Below are positions 26,531-34,621 of a stretch of 34,621 nucleotides of DNA, one piece after another. Origin of the DNA: Ascidiaceihabitans sp. (GTDB lineage Bacteria; Pseudomonadota; Alphaproteobacteria; Rhodobacterales; Rhodobacteraceae); NCBI GenBank assembly GCA_023301665.1, contig JALZUL010000197.1:1-34621 (forward strand). The letters are read 5' to 3'. A program made the translations under genes and the position numbers. Under the pieces are notes generated by a model, which saw only the letters and a program-made list of their open reading frames with translations, was not told the DNA's origin and did no database searches. Numbering within the stretch: the stretch's first letter is position 1; every line of letters begins with the position of its first letter.

Positions 26531-29228
26531 ATGACACGCGTCCGTGGCAATGTTTAAACTTCTCGCCTGACCCACATGGGCACAATTCATTTCGACCTGG
26601 GTTACCCCATGTTGACGGGTCATCCGCGACGAAGCCTGCTGCAATTGCTTCAGCTGTTGGCTCTGGCAATGCCATCTGTGTACTTGCTGCAGCAGCGGCA
26701 GCTTGTTGTGCCGCTATTTGCGCGGCCATCTCACGTTGCTCTTCTTCGGTAACAGGACGAATCTGAGAAAGTTTTTGCGTCACATCCTCGCGAAGACTAT
26801 CCAACATTCCTTCAAACAATTGGAACGCTTCGTTCTTATATTCATTCAAAGGGTCACGCTGTGCATAGCCGCGGAAACCAACGACTGACCGAAGATGCTC
26901 GAGAGTCAAAAGATGTTCACGCCATTTGCCATCGATCGATTGCAACAATAGCTGCTTCTCGATCATACGCATGTTTTCTGCGCCAAACGTTTCTGCTTTT
27001 TCGGCCGCTTGTTCGTCAGTCGCTGCCAACAAACGCTCTGCTATTTGCTCGTCATCGACGCCTTCTTCTGCACACCACTCCATCACAGGAACATCAACGC
27101 CCAAACGTTCGATCACAGCAGCGTACAAACCTTCTGCGTTCCACTGATCCGCATAGGAATTCGGTGGCATGAATTCAAAGATCAAGTCTTCGATCACTTC
27201 GCTGCGCATATCTGTCGTGATCTCAGAAAGATCAGACGATTCCATGATTTCACGACGCTGTCCAAAGATCACCTTGCGTTGGTCGTTCATCACGTCGTCG
27301 AATTTCAGCAATTGCTTGCGAATATCAAAGTTGCGGCCTTCAACCTTAGCCTGCGCGCGCTCTAGAGATTTATTAACCCACGGGTGAATGATGGCTTCAC
27401 CTTCTTCCAAGCCCAATGTTGTTAGCACCTTTTCTAGACGATCAGAGCCGAAGATACGCATCAAATCATCTTCAAGGCTAAGATAGAAAGAGGTGCGGCC
27501 CGGATCGCCCTGACGGCCGGAACGGCCGCGCAATTGGTTATCGATACGGCGGCTTTCATGGCGCTCCGATGCCATTACGAACAATCCGCCAGCCTCAAGA
27601 ACCTGCTTTTTCTCGTCGTCAAACTTTGCTTGGTACTCAGAACGGATCGCATCTGGATCGGCTTCTGGGTCTGCTGCAATAGCTTCCAAAACCGCCAACT
27701 CAATGTTACCGCCCAACTGAATGTCAGTACCGCGTCCAGCCATATTGGTTGCGATTGTAACTGCGCCTAACTTGCCAGCATCAGCGATGATCTGTGCTTC
27801 TTGCTCATGCAAGCGCGCGTTTAGAACGTTATGGGCGATACCCTCAGCGGTCAGCGCTTGACTGAACATCTCTGATTTCTCAATCGAAGTTGTACCAACC
27901 AAAACAGGCTGTTTATTAGAATTCGCTTCTTTGATCTCTTTGATCATCGCTTCGTATTTTTCACGCTGCGAACGATAGACGCGGTCGTCTTCGTCCACAC
28001 GTGCGATGCCACGATTTGTCGGAACCTCAACAACGCCGAGGCCATAAATCTCTCTGAATTCGTCGGCTTCTGTTGTCGCCGTACCGGTCATGCCAGAGAG
28101 CTTATCATAAAGGCGGAAATAGTTTTGGAATGTCACCGACGCCAAAGTCACGTTCTCTGGCTTAATGTCGACGTTCTCTTTTGCTTCAATTGCTTGATGA
28201 AGACCCTCTGACATCCGGCGACCTGCCATCATCCGGCCAGTAAATTCGTCAATCAAAACAACTTCGCCATCACGAACGATGTAATCCTTATCGCGCTGGA
28301 ACAATTTGTGAGCACGCAAACCTTGATTGATATGGTGAACGAGGCTGGTGCTTTCAGGATCATAAAGCGTCGCATCTTGATCCAGCAGACCACGTGCACG
28401 CAATTGTTCCTCAAGGAATTCGTTGCCTTCATCGGTAAAGGTCACGTTGCGGGTCTTCTCGTCCAACTCGAAATGCTCATCGGACAAAGACGGAATGACA
28501 CCATCAATGGTAAGATACATTTCGGAACGATCTTCCGCAGGGCCGGAAATAATCAAAGGCGTACGTGCTTCATCGATCAGGATACTGTCGACTTCATCCA
28601 CGATCGCAAAGTTATGCACTTTTTGGAAAATCTGGCTCAGCTCAGATTTCATGTTGTCGCGCAGATAATCAAAACCTAGCTCATTGTTCGTCGCGTAGGT
28701 GATGTCACATTCATAGGCAGCTTGCTTATCTTCTTGAGATGCATCGCCAACCGCAACGCCCGTGGTTAAGCCAAGGGCCGCAAACACTTTGCTCATCCAT
28801 TCGGCATCACGTTTGGCCAAATATTCGTTCACCGTAACAACGTGTACACCCTTACCAGTCAAACCGTTCAAATAGGCTGGGAAGGTCGCAACAAGAGTTT
28901 TACCCTCGCCGGTTTTCATCTCAGAAATGTTCCCCTGATGTAGGAAAATCCCACCCATCAGCTGCACATCAAAGGCACGTAAGCCCAATGCGCGTCTGGC
29001 CGCTTCGCGGCAATTGGCGAAAGCTTCAGGCAAAAGACTATCCAAACTCTCGCCGTTATTCGCGCGGTCAGCGAATTCGCGCGTTTTTGCAATTAACTCT
29101 TCGTCAGATAGCGCTTCGAACTCAGGTTCGAGTGCATTGATCTTTTCCACCAACGGACGGATTGCTTTAACTTTGCGATCATTGGCGGTCCCAAAGATCT
29201 TTTTCGTAAGTGTTCCGAAACCAAGCAT
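26529..29228 (-). CDS. secA: Preprotein translocase subunit SecA
   Basis: [59 protein letters not shown] motif [19 protein letters not shown]. Start set at MLGFG after GGAG. Confidence 0.99.
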   Translation of the reverse strand: MLGFGTLTKKIFGTANDRKVKAIRPLVEKINALEPEFEALSDEELIAKTREFADRANNGESLDSLLPEAFANCREAARRALGLRAFDVQLMGGIFLHQGNISEMKTGEGKTLVATFPAYLNGLTGKGVHVVTVNEYLAKRDAEWMSKVFAALGLTTGVAVGDASQEDKQAAYECDITYATNNELGFDYLRDNMKSELSQIFQKVHNFAIVDEVDSILIDEARTPLIISGPAEDRSEMYLTIDGVIPSLSDEHFELDEKTRNVTFTDEGNEFLEEQLRARGLLDQDATLYDPESTSLVHHINQGLRAHKLFQRDKDYIVRDGEVVLIDEFTGRMMAGRRMSEGLHQAIEAKENVDIKPENVTLASVTFQNYFRLYDKLSGMTGTATTEADEFREIYGLGVVEVPTNRGIARVDEDDRVYRSQREKYEAMIKEIKEANSNKQPVLVGTTSIEKSEMFSQALTAEGIAHNVLNARLHEQEAQIIADAGKLGAVTIATNMAGRGTDIQLGGNIELAVLEAIAADPEADPDAIRSEYQAKFDDEKKQVLEAGGLFVMASERHESRRIDNQLRGRSGRQGDPGRTSFYLSLEDDLMRIFGSDRLEKVLTTLGLEEGEAIIHPWVNKSLERAQAKVEGRNFDIRKQLLKFDDVMNDQRKVIFGQRREIMESSDLSEITTDMRSEVIEDLIFEFMPPNSYADQWNAEGLYAAVIERLGVDVPVMEWCAEEGVDDEQIAERLLAATDEQAAEKAETFGAENMRMIEKQLLLQSIDGKWREHLLTLEHLRSVVGFRGYAQRDPLNEYKNEAFQLFEGMLDSLREDVTQKLSQIRPVTEEEQREMAAQIAAQQAAAAAASTQMALPEPTAEAIAAGFVADDPSTWGNPGRNELCPCGSGEKFKHCHGRVS

Positions 29229-29270
29229 AAGTACTCCAAGCCGATGGTTAGTTGTCTTTTGCAGCAAGCG

Positions 29271-29299
29271 CTTGCTCGACCCGCGTTCAGACCATAGAT
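29271..29299 (+). promoter_or_regulatory. Putative RpoH-type promoter for the PPIase-argJ-mutT unit
   Basis: CTTG-N17-CCATAGAT, the same TTG-to-TAnAT spacing (20 nt) as the dnaK promoter in this window. Confidence 0.45.
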
Positions 29300-29404
29300 A
29301 CAGGGTAAGGATCGACCCCAAACCATGCCATAGCGGATGTAAGGGCCACATCATACCGTGTCAATGTTGCGCACTGTCGTGACCCATAACCATAGGACTA
29401 AACA

Positions 29405-30244
29405 ATGCAAAAACGTCTCAACTTTATCGCCGCTTTAGGCCTTGCTCTAACTTTAACCGGTCCTGCTACCGCTCAAGACGCAAGCACAGTCGTTGCGACA
29501 GTAAATGGCAAAGACATCACTATCGGTCATATGATTGTCGCGCGCGCGACGTTGCCAGAGCAATATCAACAGTTGCCGGCAAATGTTTTGTTTGACGGCA
29601 TCCTCAAGCAACTTGTCGATCAAACGCTTTTGGCAGATGATTTTTCCGGCGATTTGCCACCACGTGTGTCTTTGTCTTTGGAAAACGAAGAACGTTCTTT
29701 GATCGCTGGGGAACGTGTTGAGGCCGCATTGGCAGAAGCTTTGACAGACGAAGCCATCCAAGAAGCCTACAATGCGGAATACGCAAATGTAGAACCCACA
29801 CAAGAATACAATGCATCCCACATTCTTGTCGAAACCGAAGAAGAGGCACTTGCGATCAAAGCTGATCTAGACGGTGGCGCAGATTTCGCAGCAACGGCAC
29901 AAGAAAAATCAACTGGGCCATCGGGTCCAAATGGTGGTTCTTTGGGTTGGTTTGGCAAAGGGGCAATGGTTCCTTCCTTTGAGGCGGCTGTCGTTGAGCT
30001 CGAAGTCGGCACTGTATCTGCACCAGTGGAAACCCAATTCGGCTGGCACGTCATTATTTTGAATGAAACCCGCAACTCTAACGCGCCAACTTTGGAAGAA
30101 GCGCGCGCACAGCTTCAGGGTCAAATTCAAGAGACCGCCGTAAATGCGGTTATTGAAAACTTGCGCGCCAATGCTGAGATCGATGAAACCGGAGCTGAAG
30201 GTATTGATCCTGCGATCATTGGCGACCTCGCGATTATCGAATAA
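29405..30244 (+). CDS. Periplasmic parvulin-type (PpiC/PrsA-like) peptidyl-prolyl cis-trans isomerase
   Basis: Signal peptide; VVATVNG.DIT; ASHILV, S....NGGSLGWF..G.MV..FE.A, PVETQFGWHVI. Confidence 0.92.
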   Translation: MQKRLNFIAALGLALTLTGPATAQDASTVVATVNGKDITIGHMIVARATLPEQYQQLPANVLFDGILKQLVDQTLLADDFSGDLPPRVSLSLENEERSLIAGERVEAALAEALTDEAIQEAYNAEYANVEPTQEYNASHILVETEEEALAIKADLDGGADFAATAQEKSTGPSGPNGGSLGWFGKGAMVPSFEAAVVELEVGTVSAPVETQFGWHVIILNETRNSNAPTLEEARAQLQGQIQETAVNAVIENLRANAEIDETGAEGIDPAIIGDLAIIE

Positions 30245-30249
30245 CTAAA

Positions 30250-31476
30250 ATGGTCGACACAATGACAAAATCTCCGCTGGCGCCAGGCCAGTTCCCTGAT
30301 TTGCCAGCAGTAGATGGCGTCACATTCGCAACCGTCGCTGCGGGCGTACGGTATCAAGGACGTGACGATGTCATGCTTGCGAAACTTAGCGCGGGTACTT
30401 CGATTGCGGGTGTATTCACCAAATCCACGACGCGGGCGGCTCCGGTGTTGGATTGTCAGTCAAAGCTGGGCGCAGACACTTCTGCGCCCGCAGCGATCCT
30501 TGTTAATTCCGGTAACGCCAATGCTTTTACTGGCAAGAATGGTCAGGAGTCGGTGAACGCAATTTGTAACGCAGTTTCGAGAACATGTAGCGTTCCTGAG
30601 AACCGTATCTTTACGTCATCAACCGGCGTCATAGGCGAACCACTTGCGCACGACCGTATTATTGACAGTCTCAAAACATTGGAAGCAAATCAAACTGCGA
30701 CTGGTGTCGAGACCGCCGCCAAAGCCATCATGACAACCGACACCTATGCTAAAGGTTCTGCACAATCTGTAGAAATAGATGGTAAGGTCGTGCAGATTGT
30801 TGGGATCGCCAAAGGCTCAGGTATGATCGCGCCCGATATGGCGACAATGCTGGTCTACATTTTTACCGACGCTTTATTTGAGCAATCAGAATTGCAAAAG
30901 CTAGTATCCGATACCGCAGATCAGACATTCAATTGCATCACCGTCGATAGCGACACATCCACGTCCGATAGCCTAATCATGGCTGCTACTGGTGCCTCTG
31001 GCATTGATGCTTTGGGGAATGACGATTTCGCATCTGCATTGCACAGCCTCATGCTTGACCTCGCTCAACAAGTAGTGCGCGACGGTGAAGGCGCGACCAA
31101 GCTTGTAGAAATACAGGTAACTGGTGCCGTCGATGATAGGGTTGCAAAAACCCATGCGCTGGCCATCGCAAATTCGCCGCTTGTTAAAACAGCAATTGCT
31201 GGCGAGGATCCCAATTGGGGTCGGATCGTTATGGCTATTGGTAAATCGGGTGCACCAGCAGACCGCGATTTAATTTCAATCTCATTCGGCGATGTAAACG
31301 TTGCGACAAAGGGCTGGGTTAATCCAGACTACCGCGAAGCGGACGCTGCCGCTTTGATGAAAAAACAAAAGATCAACATAACAATCGACCTAGGAATGGG
31401 TGAAGGATCGACCACCGTATGGACCTGCGATTTGACGCACGGCTATATTTCTATCAACGCAGATTATCGCTCATGA
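30250..31476 (+). CDS. argJ: Bifunctional ornithine acetyltransferase/N-acetylglutamate synthase
   Basis: NSGNANAFTG, STGVIGE, IMTTDT, AKGSGMIAPDMATML, DSDTSTSD, VRDGEGATK, DPNWGRI, CDLTHGYISINADYRS. Confidence 0.97.
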   Translation: MVDTMTKSPLAPGQFPDLPAVDGVTFATVAAGVRYQGRDDVMLAKLSAGTSIAGVFTKSTTRAAPVLDCQSKLGADTSAPAAILVNSGNANAFTGKNGQESVNAICNAVSRTCSVPENRIFTSSTGVIGEPLAHDRIIDSLKTLEANQTATGVETAAKAIMTTDTYAKGSAQSVEIDGKVVQIVGIAKGSGMIAPDMATMLVYIFTDALFEQSELQKLVSDTADQTFNCITVDSDTSTSDSLIMAATGASGIDALGNDDFASALHSLMLDLAQQVVRDGEGATKLVEIQVTGAVDDRVAKTHALAIANSPLVKTAIAGEDPNWGRIVMAIGKSGAPADRDLISISFGDVNVATKGWVNPDYREADAAALMKKQKINITIDLGMGEGSTTVWTCDLTHGYISINADYRS

Positions 31477-31871
31477 AGGTTGTTCTTGTTTCCGCCGTAG
31501 CCCTGATTGATGTCGACGGCCGCGTCCTGTTAGGCCAACGACCCGAAGGCAAATCAATGGCAGGCCTTTGGGAGTTTCCCGGCGGTAAGGTTGAGGTTGG
31601 GGAAACCCCTGAAGCCGCCCTTATCCGCGAGCTCGAAGAAGAGCTCGGCATCAATACCTGGGAAAGCTGCTTAGCGCCGCTCACATTCGCGAGCCATAGC
31701 TACGAAGATTTCCATCTGCTCATGCCGTTATTTGCCTGCCGCAAATGGGAAGGCACCCCGATGTCTCGTGAAAACCAAGCCCTAAAATGGGTGCGCCCAA
31801 ATCAATTACGGGATTACCCAATGCCCGCCGCTGATATCCCGCTCATTCCAATCTTGAGGGATTGGCTTTAA
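31473..31871 (+). CDS. mutT: 8-oxo-dGTP diphosphatase (Nudix)
   Basis: WEFPGGKVE.GETPEAALIRELEEELGI Nudix box; ATGA overlap with argJ. Confidence 0.92.
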   Translation: MKVVLVSAVALIDVDGRVLLGQRPEGKSMAGLWEFPGGKVEVGETPEAALIRELEEELGINTWESCLAPLTFASHSYEDFHLLMPLFACRKWEGTPMSRENQALKWVRPNQLRDYPMPAADIPLIPILRDWL

Positions 31872-31890
31872 ATAAACCGAATTTGAAACG

Positions 31891-31923
31891 AAAAAGGGGA
31901 AGGTTAAAACCTTCCCCTTTTTT
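31891..31923. terminator. Bidirectional rho-independent terminator between mutT and infB
   Basis: AAAAAGGGGAAGGTT-aa-AACCTTCCCCTTTTT. Confidence 0.9.
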
Positions 31924-31943
31924 ATTGATTTCGATCAAACCGC

Positions 31944-34421
31944 TTAGTCTAGCGTGCGTGTGATCTCTTCGCGTTCAAAGATCTCAATAACGTCATCTGC
32001 ACGGATGTCCTCATAACGTTCAAACGCCATACCACATTCGTAACCAGATTTAACGTCAGCAACTTCGTCCTTGAAGCGCTTAAGCGTTTTCAGTGTGCCC
32101 TCGTGAATAACCACGTTGTCACGTAACAAACGAACACCCGCAGAACGGCGTGCAACACCTTCGGTAACCATACAACCAGCCACCTTACCAACACCAGTAA
32201 CCTTGAAGACCTCTTTAATGGTTGCGTACCCAATAAAGTTCTCTCTGATTTCGGCGCTTAGCAAGCCAGATGCCGCAGCTTTCACGTCATCCACAAGGTC
32301 ATAAATAACCGAGTAGTAACGAATTTCGACACCTTTCTGATGGGCCGTATTACGCGCTGTAGCGTTTGCGCGAACATTAAAGCCAATGACGGGTGCATTT
32401 GACGCTTCAGCCAAACCAATGTCAGTCTCTGTAATCGCGCCCACACCTGAGTGTAGAACACGAACGCGAACTTCATCGTTACCGATTTTTTCCATGGCTT
32501 GCACGATCGCTTCCGCAGAACCTTGAACGTCCGCTTTTACCAAGATCGGCAATTCGCTAACACTCTCGTTCGCTTTAGCATTCGCCATCAATTGCTCTAG
32601 CGTGGTCGCCGCACCAGCAGCTGCGCGCTTATCTTTCGCGGCTTTCTCACGATATTCCGCAATCTCACGAGCTTGTGCTTCTGTCTCAGTCACGTTCAAA
32701 ACGTCGCCCGCTGCAGGTGTGCCGTTAAGACCAAGAACTTCAACAGGAACTGAAGGACCCGCTTCTTTGATGCGTTCACCCTTATCGTTGATCAACGCAC
32801 GAACCTTACCGTATTTTTCGCCCACAACAAAAATGTCGCCTTGGCGCAAAGTACCAGTTTGGATCAGAACAGTCGCAACCGGACCGCGACCGACGTCAAG
32901 CTTCGCTTCAATCACAGCGCCTTGAGCTGCGCGATCTGGGTTAGCTTTAAGTTCGAGAATCTCAGATTGCAGAGCAATAGCATCAAGTAATTGATCAAGG
33001 CCTTGACCAGTTTGCGCTGAAACTTCGACGTCTTGAACATCACCAGACAATGCTTCAACGATCACTTCGTGTTGAAGCAAATCAGTACGCACTTTTTGCG
33101 GATTGGCTTCATGCTTGTCGATCTTGTTGATCGCAACAATCATAGGAACGCCAGCGGCTTTGGCATGGTTAATCGCCTCGACCGTCTGTGGCATCACAGC
33201 ATCGTCCGCAGCGACAACCAGAACAACGATATCTGTCACTTGAGCACCACGAGAACGCATTGACGTAAACGCCGCGTGACCCGGTGTATCAAGGAACGAC
33301 AACATCGCACCGCTTTTTGTCTTAACCTGATAAGCACCAATATGCTGCGTGATCCCGCCAGCTTCGCCGGACACGACTTTCGCATTACGAAGTGCATCGA
33401 GCAAAGATGTCTTACCGTGGTCAACGTGACCCATGATTGTGACAACTGGTGCACGTGGTTTCAGGTCATCTTGGTTTTCTTCGACAACATTAATCACGTC
33501 TTCGACGTCCGCATCAGAAACGCGATTAACGGTGTGACCGAATTCTTCGATGATCAGTTCAGCAGTATCCGCGTCGATGGTTTGGTTTTGCGTTACCATC
33601 ATGCCCATTGTCATAAGTGATTTAACAACATCACCGACACGCTCAGTCATACGCGCGGCCAATTCAGAAACCACAATAGCCTCGGGCAGGTTTACAGTAC
33701 GCAACACCTTTTCGCGCTCAACAGTACCGCCCATCGCTTTTTGACGGGCGCGCTCTTGTTTACGCTTCATAGATGCCATCGAACGATGACGACCTGCACC
33801 ACCAGTCAAAGCTTGGTTCACAGTCAATTTACCGCCACGGCGACCATCATCACGACCGCCTTTTGGACGGGCTTGAGCTTCACGCTCATTTTTACGCGGC
33901 GTCGCTGCAGGTGCTGGTCCGCCACGATTTGGCGTCGCACGAGGAGCTGAAGGCGCAGGGGCTGGAGCAGCTGCAGCTTGCGCTGCTGCTTCAGCTTCTT
34001 TTGCTTTGCGAGCTTCTTCCTCAGCTTTCGCTTTCAGGCTTTCTTCGCGAGCTTTTTCTTCCGCTTCTTTAGCGTCGATTTCAGCACGACGGCGCTCACG
34101 CTCCTCGGCGCGGGCTTTTTCATCTGCTTCGCGTGCCGCCTGCTCTTCGGCTTCACGGGCCTTGGCGGCCTGAACAGCTTTCAAGCGACGCTCCATTTGA
34201 GCATCGGAAATCCCTGCAGGGCGCTTGGATGGATCGCTTACACCCAACGGCGCTGCTGCATTCGCTCTGTTTGCCGCGCCAGGTTTTGGCACCACAACGC
34301 GCTTACGCTTGGTCTCGACGACGACGTTCTTAGTCCGTCCGTGGCTGAAGCTTTGCTTCACATTGCCTGGGCGGGCGCCGCCGCTCAGACCCAATGTTTT
34401 TTTACCGTCAGTATCGCTCAT
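31944..34421 (-). CDS. infB: Translation initiation factor IF-2
   Basis: [72 protein letters not shown]. Confidence 0.99.
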   Translation of the reverse strand: MSDTDGKKTLGLSGGARPGNVKQSFSHGRTKNVVVETKRKRVVVPKPGAANRANAAAPLGVSDPSKRPAGISDAQMERRLKAVQAAKAREAEEQAAREADEKARAEERERRRAEIDAKEAEEKAREESLKAKAEEEARKAKEAEAAAQAAAAPAPAPSAPRATPNRGGPAPAATPRKNEREAQARPKGGRDDGRRGGKLTVNQALTGGAGRHRSMASMKRKQERARQKAMGGTVEREKVLRTVNLPEAIVVSELAARMTERVGDVVKSLMTMGMMVTQNQTIDADTAELIIEEFGHTVNRVSDADVEDVINVVEENQDDLKPRAPVVTIMGHVDHGKTSLLDALRNAKVVSGEAGGITQHIGAYQVKTKSGAMLSFLDTPGHAAFTSMRSRGAQVTDIVVLVVAADDAVMPQTVEAINHAKAAGVPMIVAINKIDKHEANPQKVRTDLLQHEVIVEALSGDVQDVEVSAQTGQGLDQLLDAIALQSEILELKANPDRAAQGAVIEAKLDVGRGPVATVLIQTGTLRQGDIFVVGEKYGKVRALINDKGERIKEAGPSVPVEVLGLNGTPAAGDVLNVTETEAQAREIAEYREKAAKDKRAAAGAATTLEQLMANAKANESVSELPILVKADVQGSAEAIVQAMEKIGNDEVRVRVLHSGVGAITETDIGLAEASNAPVIGFNVRANATARNTAHQKGVEIRYYSVIYDLVDDVKAAASGLLSAEIRENFIGYATIKEVFKVTGVGKVAGCMVTEGVARRSAGVRLLRDNVVIHEGTLKTLKRFKDEVADVKSGYECGMAFERYEDIRADDVIEIFEREEITRTLD

Positions 34422-34430
34422 TTAGCTCGT

Positions 34431-34621
34431 CTATCCTTTCAGATGGGCGGAGTCAGAAACCTCACCATCTATACTTGCGCGTCGCACGCCCCGTAACCGC
34501 TGGGCTTCCTCTACAACACGTTTGGTCAGTCCACCAGAGGCGAGCGCCCCATGTATCACAATTTGACGCCCAAACGCCAAACCCAATTCTTCCTACGTAA
34601 GCCAGCTAATATAGCTGCCAT
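34431..34621 (-). pseudogene. 3' end of the YlxR/L7Ae-like RNA-binding protein gene of the nusA-infB operon, with an in-frame TAG (partial)
   Basis: Minus strand translates GSYISWLT*EELGLAFGRQIVIHGALASGGLTKRVVEEAQRLRGVR...HLKG*. ELGLAFGR..VIH.AL is the L7Ae-like motif. The internal TAG is at 34593-34595. Confidence 0.7.

Noticed and set aside
1-34621. CRISPR arrays, tRNA/rRNA, IS elements, prophage or defence systems
   Set aside because: I saw no spaced repeats, cloverleaf or rRNA signatures, transposases or phage genes. All intergenic gaps are about 250 bp or shorter.

Overview
Core-chromosome window of an alphaproteobacterium, very probably Roseobacter group/Rhodobacterales, inferred from protein sequences and gene order. 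Left to right: the 3' end of a DctD/NtrC-type regulator, then a TAXI-TRAP transporter; rnd-lptCAB-hpf-ptsN; a minus-strand surface-glycan cluster (cysQ, kdsB, GT2, galU, galE, GT4, GT2-like, GT14/Core-2, two-domain NodH-like sulfotransferase) with a divergent orphan ABC-2 permease; alkB-like, dnaK-dnaJ-radC; a two-gene unit encoding a secreted Cys-containing hypothetical protein and a PstS-like/OmpA fusion; secA divergent from ppiC-like/argJ/mutT; infB and the 3' end of the upstream RNA-binding-protein gene. I saw no mobile element, CRISPR array, tRNA or rRNA. Notable observations: (1) a 21-codon mini-ORF between rnd and lptC that looks like an internally deleted kdsD; (2) an in-frame TAG in the gene upstream of infB; (3) a DctD-type palindrome paired with a sigma70-like rather than sigma54 promoter, with rpoN absent from its usual slot; (4) a putative sulfated-glycan pathway; (5) CtrA-like boxes before that cluster, radC and the PstS-OmpA unit. 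All assignments come from reading motifs by eye; no searches were run.
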